This document shows, piece after piece, positions 1 through 10,899 of a stretch of DNA of 64,000 nt. The translations under genes and the position numbers were made by a program. The notes beneath the pieces are model-generated. The model did not search any database, was not told the origin of the DNA, and was given only the letters and a program-made list of their open reading frames with translations. Positions within the stretch are counted from its first letter, which is position 1; the number at the start of each line of letters is the position of its first letter. This DNA is from the human T2T-CHM13v2.0 reference genome, Homo sapiens, in assembly GCF_009914755.1 (NCBI RefSeq), contig NC_060929.1; one strand, written 5' to 3'.

Positions 1-1530
1 AAAAAAGAATCACTGAATTTGGAGAGACAGATTAACAAAGATTACACAATCAGAAGAACAGATTTTTAAAAGAATGAAGAAAAATGAATAGAACATCAGA
101 GAAATATAGGGCACCATTAAGCACAACAACATACACATTACAGGAGTTCCAGAAAGACAGGAGAGAGAAAAAGCAGCAGAGAAAAATATTCAAAGAAATA
201 ATAGCTGAAAACTTGCCAAATCTGATGCAAAGCATTAATGCACACATCTAAGAAGCACAACATACTCCAAAAAAGATAAACAAAAGGGATATATATCTAG
301 ACATAATCAAAGTCAAAATGTTAAAAGTCAAAGATAAAATCATGAAAGCAGCAAAGGAAAAAGAACTTATCATTTAGATAAGAACCCCAATAAAATTAGT
401 ATCTCACTTATTAGAAACAATGAGGTCCAGAGACAATGGGATGAGACAGTCAAAATGCTGAAAGGAAAAAAAACTGCCAAGCAAGAATCTTATATCTAGC
501 AAAACTATAAATGAAAGCAAAATAAAGACATTCACAGATAAAAAAAAAAAAGCTGATAGAATTTATTGGTAGAAGACCTGCTTTAAAGGAAATACTAAAG
601 GTAACTGGGCTGAAAGCAAGTGACAATAACTCAAATCCACATGAAAAAGCCTATGAATAATGGTAATTATACAGATAATTATGGGAGATAATATGATTGT
701 ATATTTATTTTCCTTTATTCCCTTAACTGATTTAAAAAGCAATGGCATAAAACAATATGATATTGTATTACAAGGCCTATAACATTTATAAATGTAATAT
801 ACTTGATAATAATACCACAAAAGAGGCAGATCAGAATAAAGCTGAATTGGAGTAAAACAATGATACCAGTTGGTAACTTGAATCTATAGGAAAACATGCA
901 CAGAGCCAGAAATGTAAAATAGGAAGCTTAATAAAATAAACTCTATAAATAAATACTTGCTCTTCTTATCTCAGCTTCTTTAAGAGACCTAAGACCATAT
1001 AAAGTAATATTTGTAACAATATATTGTATTTATAAAATATACAAACATAATATGTATAACAGTAATAGAACAAAAATAGGGAAAAATAATTTTGTTATAC
1101 GGAAACAATGTTTCTATATCTCACTGGAAAAAGGTTAGCATAAGAATGAAGTCAGTTCTGATAACTTAAGAAGCCCTAGAGCATCCACTAAGAGCATAAC
1201 TCAAAAATATACTAAAAAAATCATTAAAGGAATTAAATTGTTACACCAGAAAATATTCACTTAATGTAAAAAGAAAAGCAGTATAGGTGGGAAAAACACA
1301 AAAAGATGAGATAGACTGAAAACAAAAAGGGAAATGGCAGGTTTAAATCCAACCATATCAATAACAACATTAAATATGAATGGATTAAACAACCTAATCA
1401 AAAGGCAGAGATGGTAAGATGTGATTCTTTTTAAAAATATACTATCTGAGACATACATTGGATTCAAAGATAACAAACAAGATGAAAGTCAAAGGATGGA
1501 AAAAGACATACCATGCAAATGGCAAAAGAG
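1..1530 (+). mobile_element. Ancient L1M fragment (ORF1 3' part, spacer, start of ORF2)
   Basis: A-rich degenerate ORF1-like sequence, then an ORF2 endonuclease start signature (acattaaatatgaatggattaaac...aaaggatggaaaaagacataccatgcaaat). Confidence 0.75.
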
Positions 1531-1541
1531 ACCTGGAGTGG

Positions 1542-3627
1542 TGGTCTGGTTTGGCTCTGTGTCCCCACTCAAATCTCATCTTGAATTGTAATACCATAAT
1601 CCCCACATGTTGCGGGAGGGACGCAGTGGGAGATAATTGAATCATGGGGGCGGTTTCTCTATGAACAGTGTTCTCATGGTAATGAATAAGTCTCATGATA
1701 TCTGATGGCTTAATAAGGGGAAATCTATTTCTCTTGGTTCTCATTCTCTCTCTTGCTGCTGCCATGTAAGAAGTGCTTTTCCCCTTATGCCATGATTGTG
1801 AAGCCTCCCTAGCCACATGGAACTATAAGTCCATTAAACCTCTTTCTTCTGTAAATTGCCCAGTCTTGGGTATGTCTTTATCAACAGTGTAAAAACAAAC
1901 TAAAACAGTAAATTGGTACCAGTAGAGTGGGGTGCTGCTGAAAAGATACCTGAAAATGTGGAAGCAACTTTGGAACTGGCTAACAGGCAGAGGGTGGTAC
2001 AGTTCGGAGGGCTCAGAAGAAGACAGAAAAAGGTGGGAAAGTTTGGAACTCCCTAGAGACTTGTTGAATGGCTTTGACCAAAATGCTGATAATGATGTGG
2101 ACAATGAAATCCAGGCTGAAGTGGTCTCAGATGGAGATGAGGACCTTGTTGGTAACTGGAGCAAAGGTGACTCTTGTTATGTTTTAGCAAAGAGACTGGC
2201 AGCATTTTGCCCCTGCCCTAGAGATTTGTGGAACTTTGAACTTGAGAGAGATTATTTAGGGTGTCTGGTGGAAGAAATTTCTAAGCAGCAAAGCATTCAA
2301 GAGGTGACTTGTGTGCTGCTAAAGGCATTCAGTTTTATACAGGAAGCAGAGCATAAAAGTTTGGAAAATTTGCAGCCTGACAAGGCAATAGAAAAGAAAA
2401 TCCCATTTTCTGAGGAGAAATTCAAGTCAGCTGCAGAAACTTGCATAAGTAATAAACAGCTGAATGTTAATCCCCAAGACAATAGGGAATATGTCCCCAG
2501 GGCATGACAGAGATCTTCACAGCAGCCCCTCCCATCACAGGCCCAGAGGTCTAGGAGGAAAAAATGGTTTCATGGGCCCGGGCCAGGGCCAGGGTCCCGA
2601 TGCTGTGTACAACCTAGGGACTTGGTGCCCTGTGTCCCAGCTGCTTCAGCCATGGCTGAAAGGGACCTATGTAGAGCTTGGGCTGTGGCTTCAGAGGGTT
2701 CAAGCCCCTAACCTTGGCAGCTTCCACGTGGTGTTGAGCCTGCAAGTACACAGAAGTCAAGAATTGGGGTTTGGGAACCTCTGCCTAGATTTCAGAAGAC
2801 GTATGGAAATGCCTGGATGCTCAGGCAAAAGTTTGCTGCAAGGGCAGGGCCCTCATGGAGAACCTCTGCTAGGGCAGTGCTGAAGGGAAATGTGGGCTTG
2901 GAGCCCTCACAGAGAGTCCCTACTGGGGCACTACCTAGTGGAGCTGTGAGAAGAGAGCCACTGTCCTCCAGACCCCAGAATGGTAGATCCACTGACAGTT
3001 TGCACCATGTGCCTAGAAAAGCCAGAGATACTCAACACCAGCCCATGAAGGCAGCCAGGACAGAGACTGTACTCTGCAAAGCCACAAAGGCAGAGCTGCC
3101 CACGACCATGGAAACCCACCTCTAGTATCAGCATGACCTGGATATGAGACATGGAGTCAAAGGAGATCATTTTGGAGCCTTAAGATTTGACTGCCCCGCT
3201 GGATTTCGGACTTGCATAGGGCCTGTAGCCCCTTCATTTTGGCCAATTTCTCTCATTTGGAATGGCTGTATTTACCCAATGCCTGTACCCCCATTGTATC
3301 TACAAGGTAACTAACTTGCTTTTGATTTTACAGGCTTATAGGTGGAAGGGACTTGTCTTGTCTCAGATGAGACTTCGGACTGTGGACTTCTGAGTTAATG
3401 CTGAAATGGGTTAAGACTTTGGTGGACTATTGGGAAGGCATCATTGGTCTTGAAATGTGAGGACATGAGATTTAGGAGGGGTCAGGGGTGGAATTACATG
3501 GTTTGGCTCCATGTCCCCAGCCAAATCTCCTCTTGAATTGTACTCCCATAATTCCCATGTGCTGTGGGAGGGACCTGGTGGGAGATAATTGAATCATGGG
3601 GGCAGTTTCTCCCATACTGTTCTCATG
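1542..3627 (+). mobile_element. THE1 (MaLR) provirus: 5' LTR ~1542-1907, internal region ~1908-3493, truncated 3' LTR ~3494-3627
   Basis: LTR start tggtttggctctgtgtccccactcaaatctcatcttgaattgta, internal start gtaaattggtaccagtagagtgggg, and a polypurine tract before a second LTR copy that stops after ~135 bp. ORF 1932..2507 is the MaLR internal ORF remnant. Confidence 0.93.
1804..1816 (+). promoter_or_regulatory. PRDM9 hotspot 13-mer CCTCCCTAGCCAC inside the THE1 LTR
   Basis: Exact match to CCNCCNTNNCCNC and CCTCCCTNNCCAC. Binding is not demonstrated. Confidence 0.6.
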
Positions 3628-4114
3628 TTATGTTTTAATGAAAAATCTACTTAGATACCACAGCCCAGGTGCTAGGTATGCTCATTGCTATTGGATGTTA
3701 TTGCTTTTAGGTATTTTCAGTGAAATATATCCTTTTAGAAAGGAAAAAAAAATCTTGAGTTCATACTGATATTTTCATTTCCAACTTCATTGTATAGATT
3801 TATGCTTAACTTTGGTTCTCCACCTACCTGTATGTCTTTTTTTAAGCTAAACATTTGTTTCTTGATACAGTAACTGAATTACCTATTTCTTTATCATCTA
3901 ATATACTTACAATATTACTGTTAACAATGCCAGTATTACTATTAACAATGAAACTACTAACGATGTTTATTTTGGTAGTTCTTTTTGTTAGAGTATATTC
4001 CATTAGGGATGAAGAGAAAGAATACTGTCTTTTGAAGTACAAGTTTAATATTCTTTATTTGAAATGCTTGGGACCAGCAGTATTTAGAATTTTGGATTTT
4101 GGAATATTTGCACT
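3626..4114 (+). repeat. Left arm of a ~490-bp inverted duplication (partner 6043-6536)
   Basis: It is the reverse complement of 6043-6536 along its length. ORF-track peptides 3855..4184(+) and 6029..6241(-) are near-identical. Confidence 0.93.
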
Positions 4115-4529
4115 ACCCTATGGGTATGATGCAGGCCTTTTTGACACTTTCAATAATATATTTATACCACAGAGCAGAAAATAAGCAAAAAACCCACAGT
4201 GAGTAATGCACATAGGTCTTGGCCCCATGTGGGGCAACGTGGGGAACCTGGTGTTGGTGTGTCTGATCTGAACGTGTGCTATTTTATTACCCTTTGTGGA
4301 TGTGCTTGCATGAAGGAATCTGGGCATGTCCAGAAAAGCTGAATTGCAGCTGAAGGGAGCTAAGAGGGTCTTTTTCTCTTAGGGTGACTGAATAAATTGT
4401 ATGTTGTGTGCCAGTGTGTTGACTGCAATCATCATATGAAATCAGGTGTGAAATTTTTCACTCATGGCATCATGTCAACACTCAAAAAGTTTTGGATTTC
4501 TGATTTTTCGGTTAGGGATGCTCAACCTG
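4040..4529 (+). mobile_element. Tigger4/Zombi (MER46-like) DNA transposon
   Basis: Terminal sequences caagtttaatattc...gaaatgcttgggaccag and ttagggatgctcaacctg. Confidence 0.75.
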
Positions 4530-4761
4530 GACTTGAAAGAATTTTATTCTCTATCCTACTAACTTCTTATGTAAGAAAGTCAGCTGATTCTAGAGGGAGG
4601 AAAGTACTTGAATCAATAGTATGATCAAAGGTGAAAAGCCATGGGCAAGCTTTAAGTAGAAGTGTATTTCCTTAAGGGGCCTACTGTTTAAGCTAAATAA
4701 GTGATGACTGTGATGCTAGCCACTTACTGAAATTTCTCTTCTTGTTCCAGTTAAGAACCCC

Positions 4762-5281
4762 TGGTGGCTTTAAAATATGTCTGTAAATTTAACATTCCTG
4801 CCTCCAAAGGTAGAGCCTAATTTCCCTCCTCAAGAGTACAGGCTGGAGTTTTAGTGGCTTGCTTTTAACAAATAGTATATGGCAGAAATGACAGTATGTG
4901 ACTTCTAAGGCTAGGTTAAAAAGTATTGTGGCTTCCTCCTTGTTCTCAATCTTGATTCATTAACCCTGGGGGATGCCAGTTGTCATACTGTGAGGACATT
5001 CAAGCAGCTCTATGGAGGGGTCCATGTGGCAATGAACATGGCTCCTGCCTGTAGCTATGTCAGTGAGCCACCTTAGAAACAGATCTTCCAACCCCAAACT
5101 TTTTGTTGATTGTGTTCCCAGTCAACATCTTGACTACAACCTCATGAGAGACCCTTAGACAGAACCAACTCACCTATGCCACTCTGAAATTCCTGACTCA
5201 CAGATACTGCAACATGATAAATGTTTATTATTATTTTAAGTTTTGTGGTAATTTGTTAGGTAGCAACAGATAACTAATACA
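4762..5281 (+). mobile_element. MLT1-type MaLR solo LTR
   Basis: Ends with ggtaatttgttaggtagcaacagataactaataca, the MLT1 3' terminus. Confidence 0.8.
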
Positions 5282-6042
5282 GAACCTAAATGTAGGTTTA
5301 AAGTAGGTGGACACTCACTGAAAGTCATTTATTACTCTTTGGTGAGGAGAGAGCTTTTTAAAGGTAGAGAGTACATAAGCAGGCGTCAGAATTCCAAGTA
5401 TTGGGCTACAGAGGAATTGGTAAGTGTAGATAGTTGGCGAAAGGACTGCCAAAGTATTAGTTACTGCCAAAGTAATGTATTCACTCCCTTGGGATCACCA
5501 ACTGGATTTCCAGAAGAGTGAGGCTCTAGCTTCTGCCTTTTCCCTTCCTCCGTACCTTTTTCTCATGCTCCTTGATCCTGAATTTGACACAAAACATCCA
5601 GAGATAAACACCACAGCTCTTATAGCAACCTCCTTATAAAACTATTTTTCCTGAAAGAAACCAATGCATTCTGTATTTTCTTTGCTGAACAAAATGTAAA
5701 TATCCAGGCATAAATTCTTTATGTTTTGCTTGTATATGGCTTGTATATGAATTATAGATTTAATCGTATCTACCATTGCTTTCAATTTCCCTAGCTGGCC
5801 TTAAATTCCCAATGTAAAGTAGTTTGAAAGGTAGAATTTTTAGGTTGCTGTGTCTTAATAATTTTTAAGGGATTTGACTGTTATTGTCCCTGTGATATGT
5901 ATGGCATTTTTCTCTCCAAGACATTTTATAGCTTTTACAATTAGATTGTGTCCTTTGTTGTGATTCAATGTCTTATGCTTTCAGAGTTGTAATTTTTTGT
6001 ACCCACTTCCATGGTATGGACCATGTGATCATAAAGGTTTAA

Positions 6043-6536
6043 AGTCCAAATACTCCAAAATCCAAAAAAAATTCAAAATCCTAAACACTGCTTGTCCCAA
6101 GCATTGCAAATAAAGAATATTCAACTTGTACTTCAAAAGACAGTATTCTGACTCTTCATCCCTAATAGCATATACTTTAAGAAAAAGAACTACCAAAATA
6201 AACATCATTAGTAGTTTCACTGTTAATAGTAATACTGGCATTGTTAGTAGTAATATTGTAAGTATATTAGATGATAAAGAAATAATTCAATTACTGTATT
6301 AAGAAACAAATGTTTAGCTTAAAAAAAGACATACGAGTAGGTAGAGAACGAAAGTTAAGCATAAATCTATGCTATGAAGTCTGAAATGAAAATATCAGCA
6401 TAAACTCATGATTTTTTTTCCTTCTAAAAGGATATAGTTCACTGAAAACGCCTAAAAGCAATAACATCCAATAGCAATGAGCATACCTTGCATCCAGACT
6501 GTGGTCTCTAAGTAGATTTTCCATCAAAACATAACA
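6043..6536 (-). repeat. Right arm of the inverted duplication (Tigger4 end plus old L1M 3' sequence)
   Basis: Reverse complement of 3626-4114. It continues rightwards into L1MC-like 3' sequence up to ~7050. Confidence 0.93.
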
Positions 6537-7058
6537 ATTTACAGAAAATATGTGAAGAAATAAGCTAAACAATACCACAAAGATAAAATGAGCCAAAACC
6601 AGAATTTGGGAAATTCTATAGGACAAATAAGCCACTTTTTTCAACAAATAGGAGACATAAAAATCCTAAAATATAGAAAGGACTGTTGTAGATTAAAACA
6701 TATTTAAGATACATAACAAACACATATGATGTATGAGGCTTAATGTATTCTAATTCAAATTAAAACTTTCTATAAAAACACATATTTTAGATAACCTCAG
6801 AAATCTGAATATAGACTGGATGTTAAATGGTATAAAGAAACTTAACTTTTATTAGGTGAAATGATATCGCGAGTATGAAAAACTTTTTCTTATCTTTTAG
6901 AGGTTTGGGCTCAAGTATTTATGGGTAAAATAGTATTATGTCTGGGATTTCTTTAAAATACTCCAATAACAAAATCAGTTCATGTTCTAGCCAAACAGTC
7001 CAGAGTTCTACCACATAATATAATGTATAATCAATTTTCACAAGAGAGTTTACTGCAA

Positions 7059-7370
7059 GGCCAGGTGTGGCAGCTCCTGCCTGTAATCCCAGCACTTTGG
7101 GAGGCCTAGGCGGGCGGATCACTTGAGGCCAGGAGCTCAAGACCAGCTTGGTCAAACTGGTGAAACCCCATCTCTACTAAAAATACAAAAACTTAGCTGA
7201 GCATGGTGATACATGCCTGCAATCCCAGCTACTCAAGAGGCTGAGGCACAAGAAGCGCTTGAGCCTAGGAGGCAGAGGTGGCAGTGAACCGAGATCACGC
7301 CACTACACTCCAGCCTGGGTGATAGGGGGAAACTCTTGTCTAAAACAAAAACAAAAACAAAAACAAAAAA
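7059..7370 (+). mobile_element. Alu
   Basis: Dimeric Alu consensus with a (CAAAAA)n tail. Confidence 0.95.
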
Positions 7371-9849
7371 GGGTTCACTGTAGACACACATAAAATGAAT
7401 AATCACCATGTCTGAGGCCTATTCTTTCAATATATGTGAATCCCCAAATCAATGCCAACAAACCCCTTCATTTCAACATCCCATACACTCACAGATTACA
7501 GGATACTTCAAATAAAAACTTTGTTAAAGTTTTGATAGCTTATTTCAATGCCATTACCTTTACCTACTAACAAGGTAAACCTAATAAAAGAGAAATAAAG
7601 GTTAGTCTGGCATGACTTGTTCTTAGTGATGCCTATGATTCCCAAAGAGCACTACATTCTTGCCTATGTCTTCCAACCATATATTTAATAACTTTTTGCA
7701 CATTTTCTAAGGAACAACATTGAGCTGATCATTTGTAATTCTCAAATTCTAACTTTTCCACTCTTTAAAAAATGTATTTATTAACAGTTTTATTAAGATG
7801 TAATTCACATGCCACACAGTCTACCTATTTAAAGAATATAATTCATTGTTTTTTAGTATATTAAAAGGGTTGTATAACCCTCACCACAATCTAATTTTGG
7901 AACATTTTCATTCCCCCTAAAAGAAACCCTTTAACCATTAGTTGTCACTCACCATTCCCCACCCTCTAGACCCCCCATCTCTAATCTGTCTCTATAGATT
8001 TGACTATTACGGATATTTCAAATTAATGGAATGGTAAGATGTGGATTTTTTTTTTTTACTGCTTTTTCACTTTTAGAAAATAGGATATTATCTTTTAGTA
8101 TCTCTCCCATAAAACAATTAAGACCTGTAAGATAATATATTCTAGTTCCTTCAACACTCCAGAATGCTTAAAGAAGCTCACACTCCCCAGGTAGTAGGAC
8201 CAGCATTGGGTTCCCAAGGCTTCCCTGTTTTACATCTTTACTCCTGTGACACCAAAGGCATTTCAGCAATCCAATACCCAGGGCCTAGGCCATTTCTCTG
8301 ATCATCTTTGCCTGACATCACACCAACTACTGGTTTCAACTTTTAATTTTCATGACTTTTCTCTAGACTTCCACTCCTGTCTTGTCATTCTCTTCTCTCA
8401 CCACTAGTCAGGATATGCCATGGTGCCAAGAGCATATGAACCACAGGCAGATTGGAGGATTGCAAGAGGGAATGCAGTAAGTGGGGAAACTGGATTCTGG
8501 GAATAGAGGCCTGTGTCTTTGGTTCCTTTAACATCATTGAAGGAACCAGAGATTATTTCATATATGCAAAGGCCAAATAGGAGACAGCCAATGCTAGACT
8601 GTGAGGCAGAAATGGATTAGAGCCAAGTTCGAAGTGGGGCAAAGGAACAAATAGGAAAGAAAAGAAGAAAAATTAAAATGCTCAGGGCTCACTTTACTCA
8701 AAGGAAGAAAAGACTCTTGATCAGTATAGGTCAGCTCTGGGAAGTGAGGGAGCAAATGGGCTATGGTGTTAGACAGAAGAAGTGCTTTGGCGTGAGGTTT
8801 CTCTGCTTCTGACAGAGAAAGGATTCACACTGTCACATGTCCAAGCCTGCATTCTTCTGGCCATTAAACTGGATCCTGGGAAGAATTCTCTCCTCCTAGT
8901 CCTCTAAACTATATGCAAAAATGACCACCCATCACCAAGATATACATTATCAAACAAGCAAACAAACAATGAAAAACAAACAACAAAAAAAACTGCCTAA
9001 ACCCTTCTGAAGTACTGTTTCATACTATGAAGGAATATGCCCTGTCTATTCCCATGGCTCCCAGCAGCCTTCTCCGCCTCTGCCTGTGTTAGGCATTTCT
9101 TCTGTAAATAGGCAGAACAAATCTTCTTAATCCCAGATAGTTAATACCCTTTCCCATCCTAGAAGTTTTTAAACCCAGAGGCAACTTTCAGTAACTGAAA
9201 TGAATAACAAGATATCTTCAGCAAGTGCCTCAGCCTTGCAATGTTGTCCCAGGGCCAGAAAAAATGTGTAGTAAGCTAAAATAAATATGGTTTCTGAGAT
9301 AAACCATGTATACTAGAATTCATAATCTTAATGTTACCATTTATTGCAGTTACTATTAACCAACTGGTATGCAATTATAGTAGTCTGATATTTTAACCTG
9401 CTGATATATCCTGGCTGATCATTAAGCTGAACTGATCAGAAACATTATCCTGCCTCAGGCTGATTATGAAAGTGACACCAGACTCCATAAAGCTGTAAAC
9501 CTCCTATCAGGACTGGACATAACTGCGTAACACTCTATAAGAAGGAAACATTCTTCTAAACCCTATAAAGCACCATATTAAAGGAGTTTTAAAGGAAAAC
9601 AAGTTGAAAAAAAATACTATGTAACCAAAAAGCTCTATATGGTTATTAAAAGTAACATGTAAAATGACACCTATCATATTACACACAACAAACCCATCAC
9701 ACAGTAAAATTTCATTATAAATTCTAAGTATTCATTAGCAGAATGAAATTAAACTAAAATTTCTGTATGTTTTTCTATTGTGTGGTCCCAGAGATATTTA
9801 ATATTTGCAAAATATAGTATTTGTTCTGCAAATAAAAGCATCACAGTAC

Positions 9850-9992
9850 CTTATAATGTCCATTCATCACTGCATCATGTAGGGGAGTAATCTGGTATAA
9901 TCCTTTGATATTTACATCTGCTCCACCTTTTAATAGTTCACTTGCTGTCCGATAAAATCCTCCTACACTAGCTTCATGAAGTGCTGTCCAAC
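9850..9992 (-). CDS. ANKRD31: ANKRD31 coding exon (inferred exon 11), 143 nt, ankyrin repeats
   Basis: gatag|GT TGG ACA GCA CTT CAT GAA GCT...CAT TAT AAG|gtactg gives GWTALHEASVGGFYRTASELLKGGADVNIKGLYQITPLHDAVMNGHYK, with canonical TALH, GADVN and TPLH ankyrin motifs. Confidence 0.97.
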
Positions 9993-10705
9993 CTATCATA
10001 CAAAAAGATACGGCATTTGTTTACATTTGGCATCTTAATAATGTTTTGTGCTTGCCCTTAAAAAACAACTTTGATTCTAAGTTCTTTCTTCAAAAATATT
10101 TTGATTATATGAGTCAAGATAGTATCACCTGAAAGCACACTGTATTATTTGGTAGGTTCAATAAACCTGAAGGACAAATCAAACTCCTACCCCTCAACTC
10201 TGCTGTGCAAAAATGTGAAAAGAAACAAAATATTTGAAAGTAATCTTGACCTCTCCAAATAAATAGGCTGTGCAGGAGTCATTATCAACTCAAAGTGAAT
10301 GCTGGTTGCAGGCTGCTTTTCTGCAGAGATGAGGGGAGAAAAGCTTTATTTCTAGTTCAAGGTACTTCCATTAAAGTATCCAGCTGGCTGGACTACATAT
10401 CACTCAGTTCAAAAGGATATATTCATTTTTTCTCCTTCTTTACAAAAAGCTATTTATAGTAGTTTAACAAACCACAAACTGCTCCAAGAAAACCAGTCAT
10501 ACAGGCAAATATTCTTTTTCTTTGTTGGCCAAGGACAATGGTATAAGTTACAGATATTTATTAAATTCCAGTAAATCATATGACAGATGTAAGAAAACTT
10601 TAAAGTTGCACGTCAAAAGAGACTTTCACTAGCTCTTCTCAGAACACTCATCATAAAATAGGGATTACGAATCTCAGCTTATGTTTCTTAGTTTTTATGA
10701 GTATC

Positions 10706-10856
10706 ACAGAATGTTTACCAGCATCCCTGGCCTCAACCCACCAGATGATAGTAGAAACTCCTATCCTAGTTCTAACAACTAAACATGTTTCCAGAAACTG
10801 CCAAAAGTCCCCTGGGGAGGGGGTGGGAGCAAAAGCACTCCAGTTGAGAACCACTG
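10706..10856 (-). mobile_element. MER20 (hAT-Charlie) fragment
   Basis: Reverse complement of cagtggttctcaac...ccaggggac...gaggccagggatgctg. Confidence 0.75.
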
Positions 10857-10899
10857 CCTCAGGGAAGAAGTTTCTCCTATAGTATTATTACTGAGTTTT

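Noticed and set aside
1932-3170. ORFs of 191, 139 and 102 aa
   Set aside because: These are remnants of the THE1 internal region, common to many MaLR copies.
3855-6241. Two similar hydrophobic ORFs (3855..4184 + and 6029..6241 -) that resemble paralogous small membrane proteins
   Set aside because: They are translations of the two arms of the inverted duplication of AT-rich TE-derived DNA, with no splice, promoter or coding evidence.
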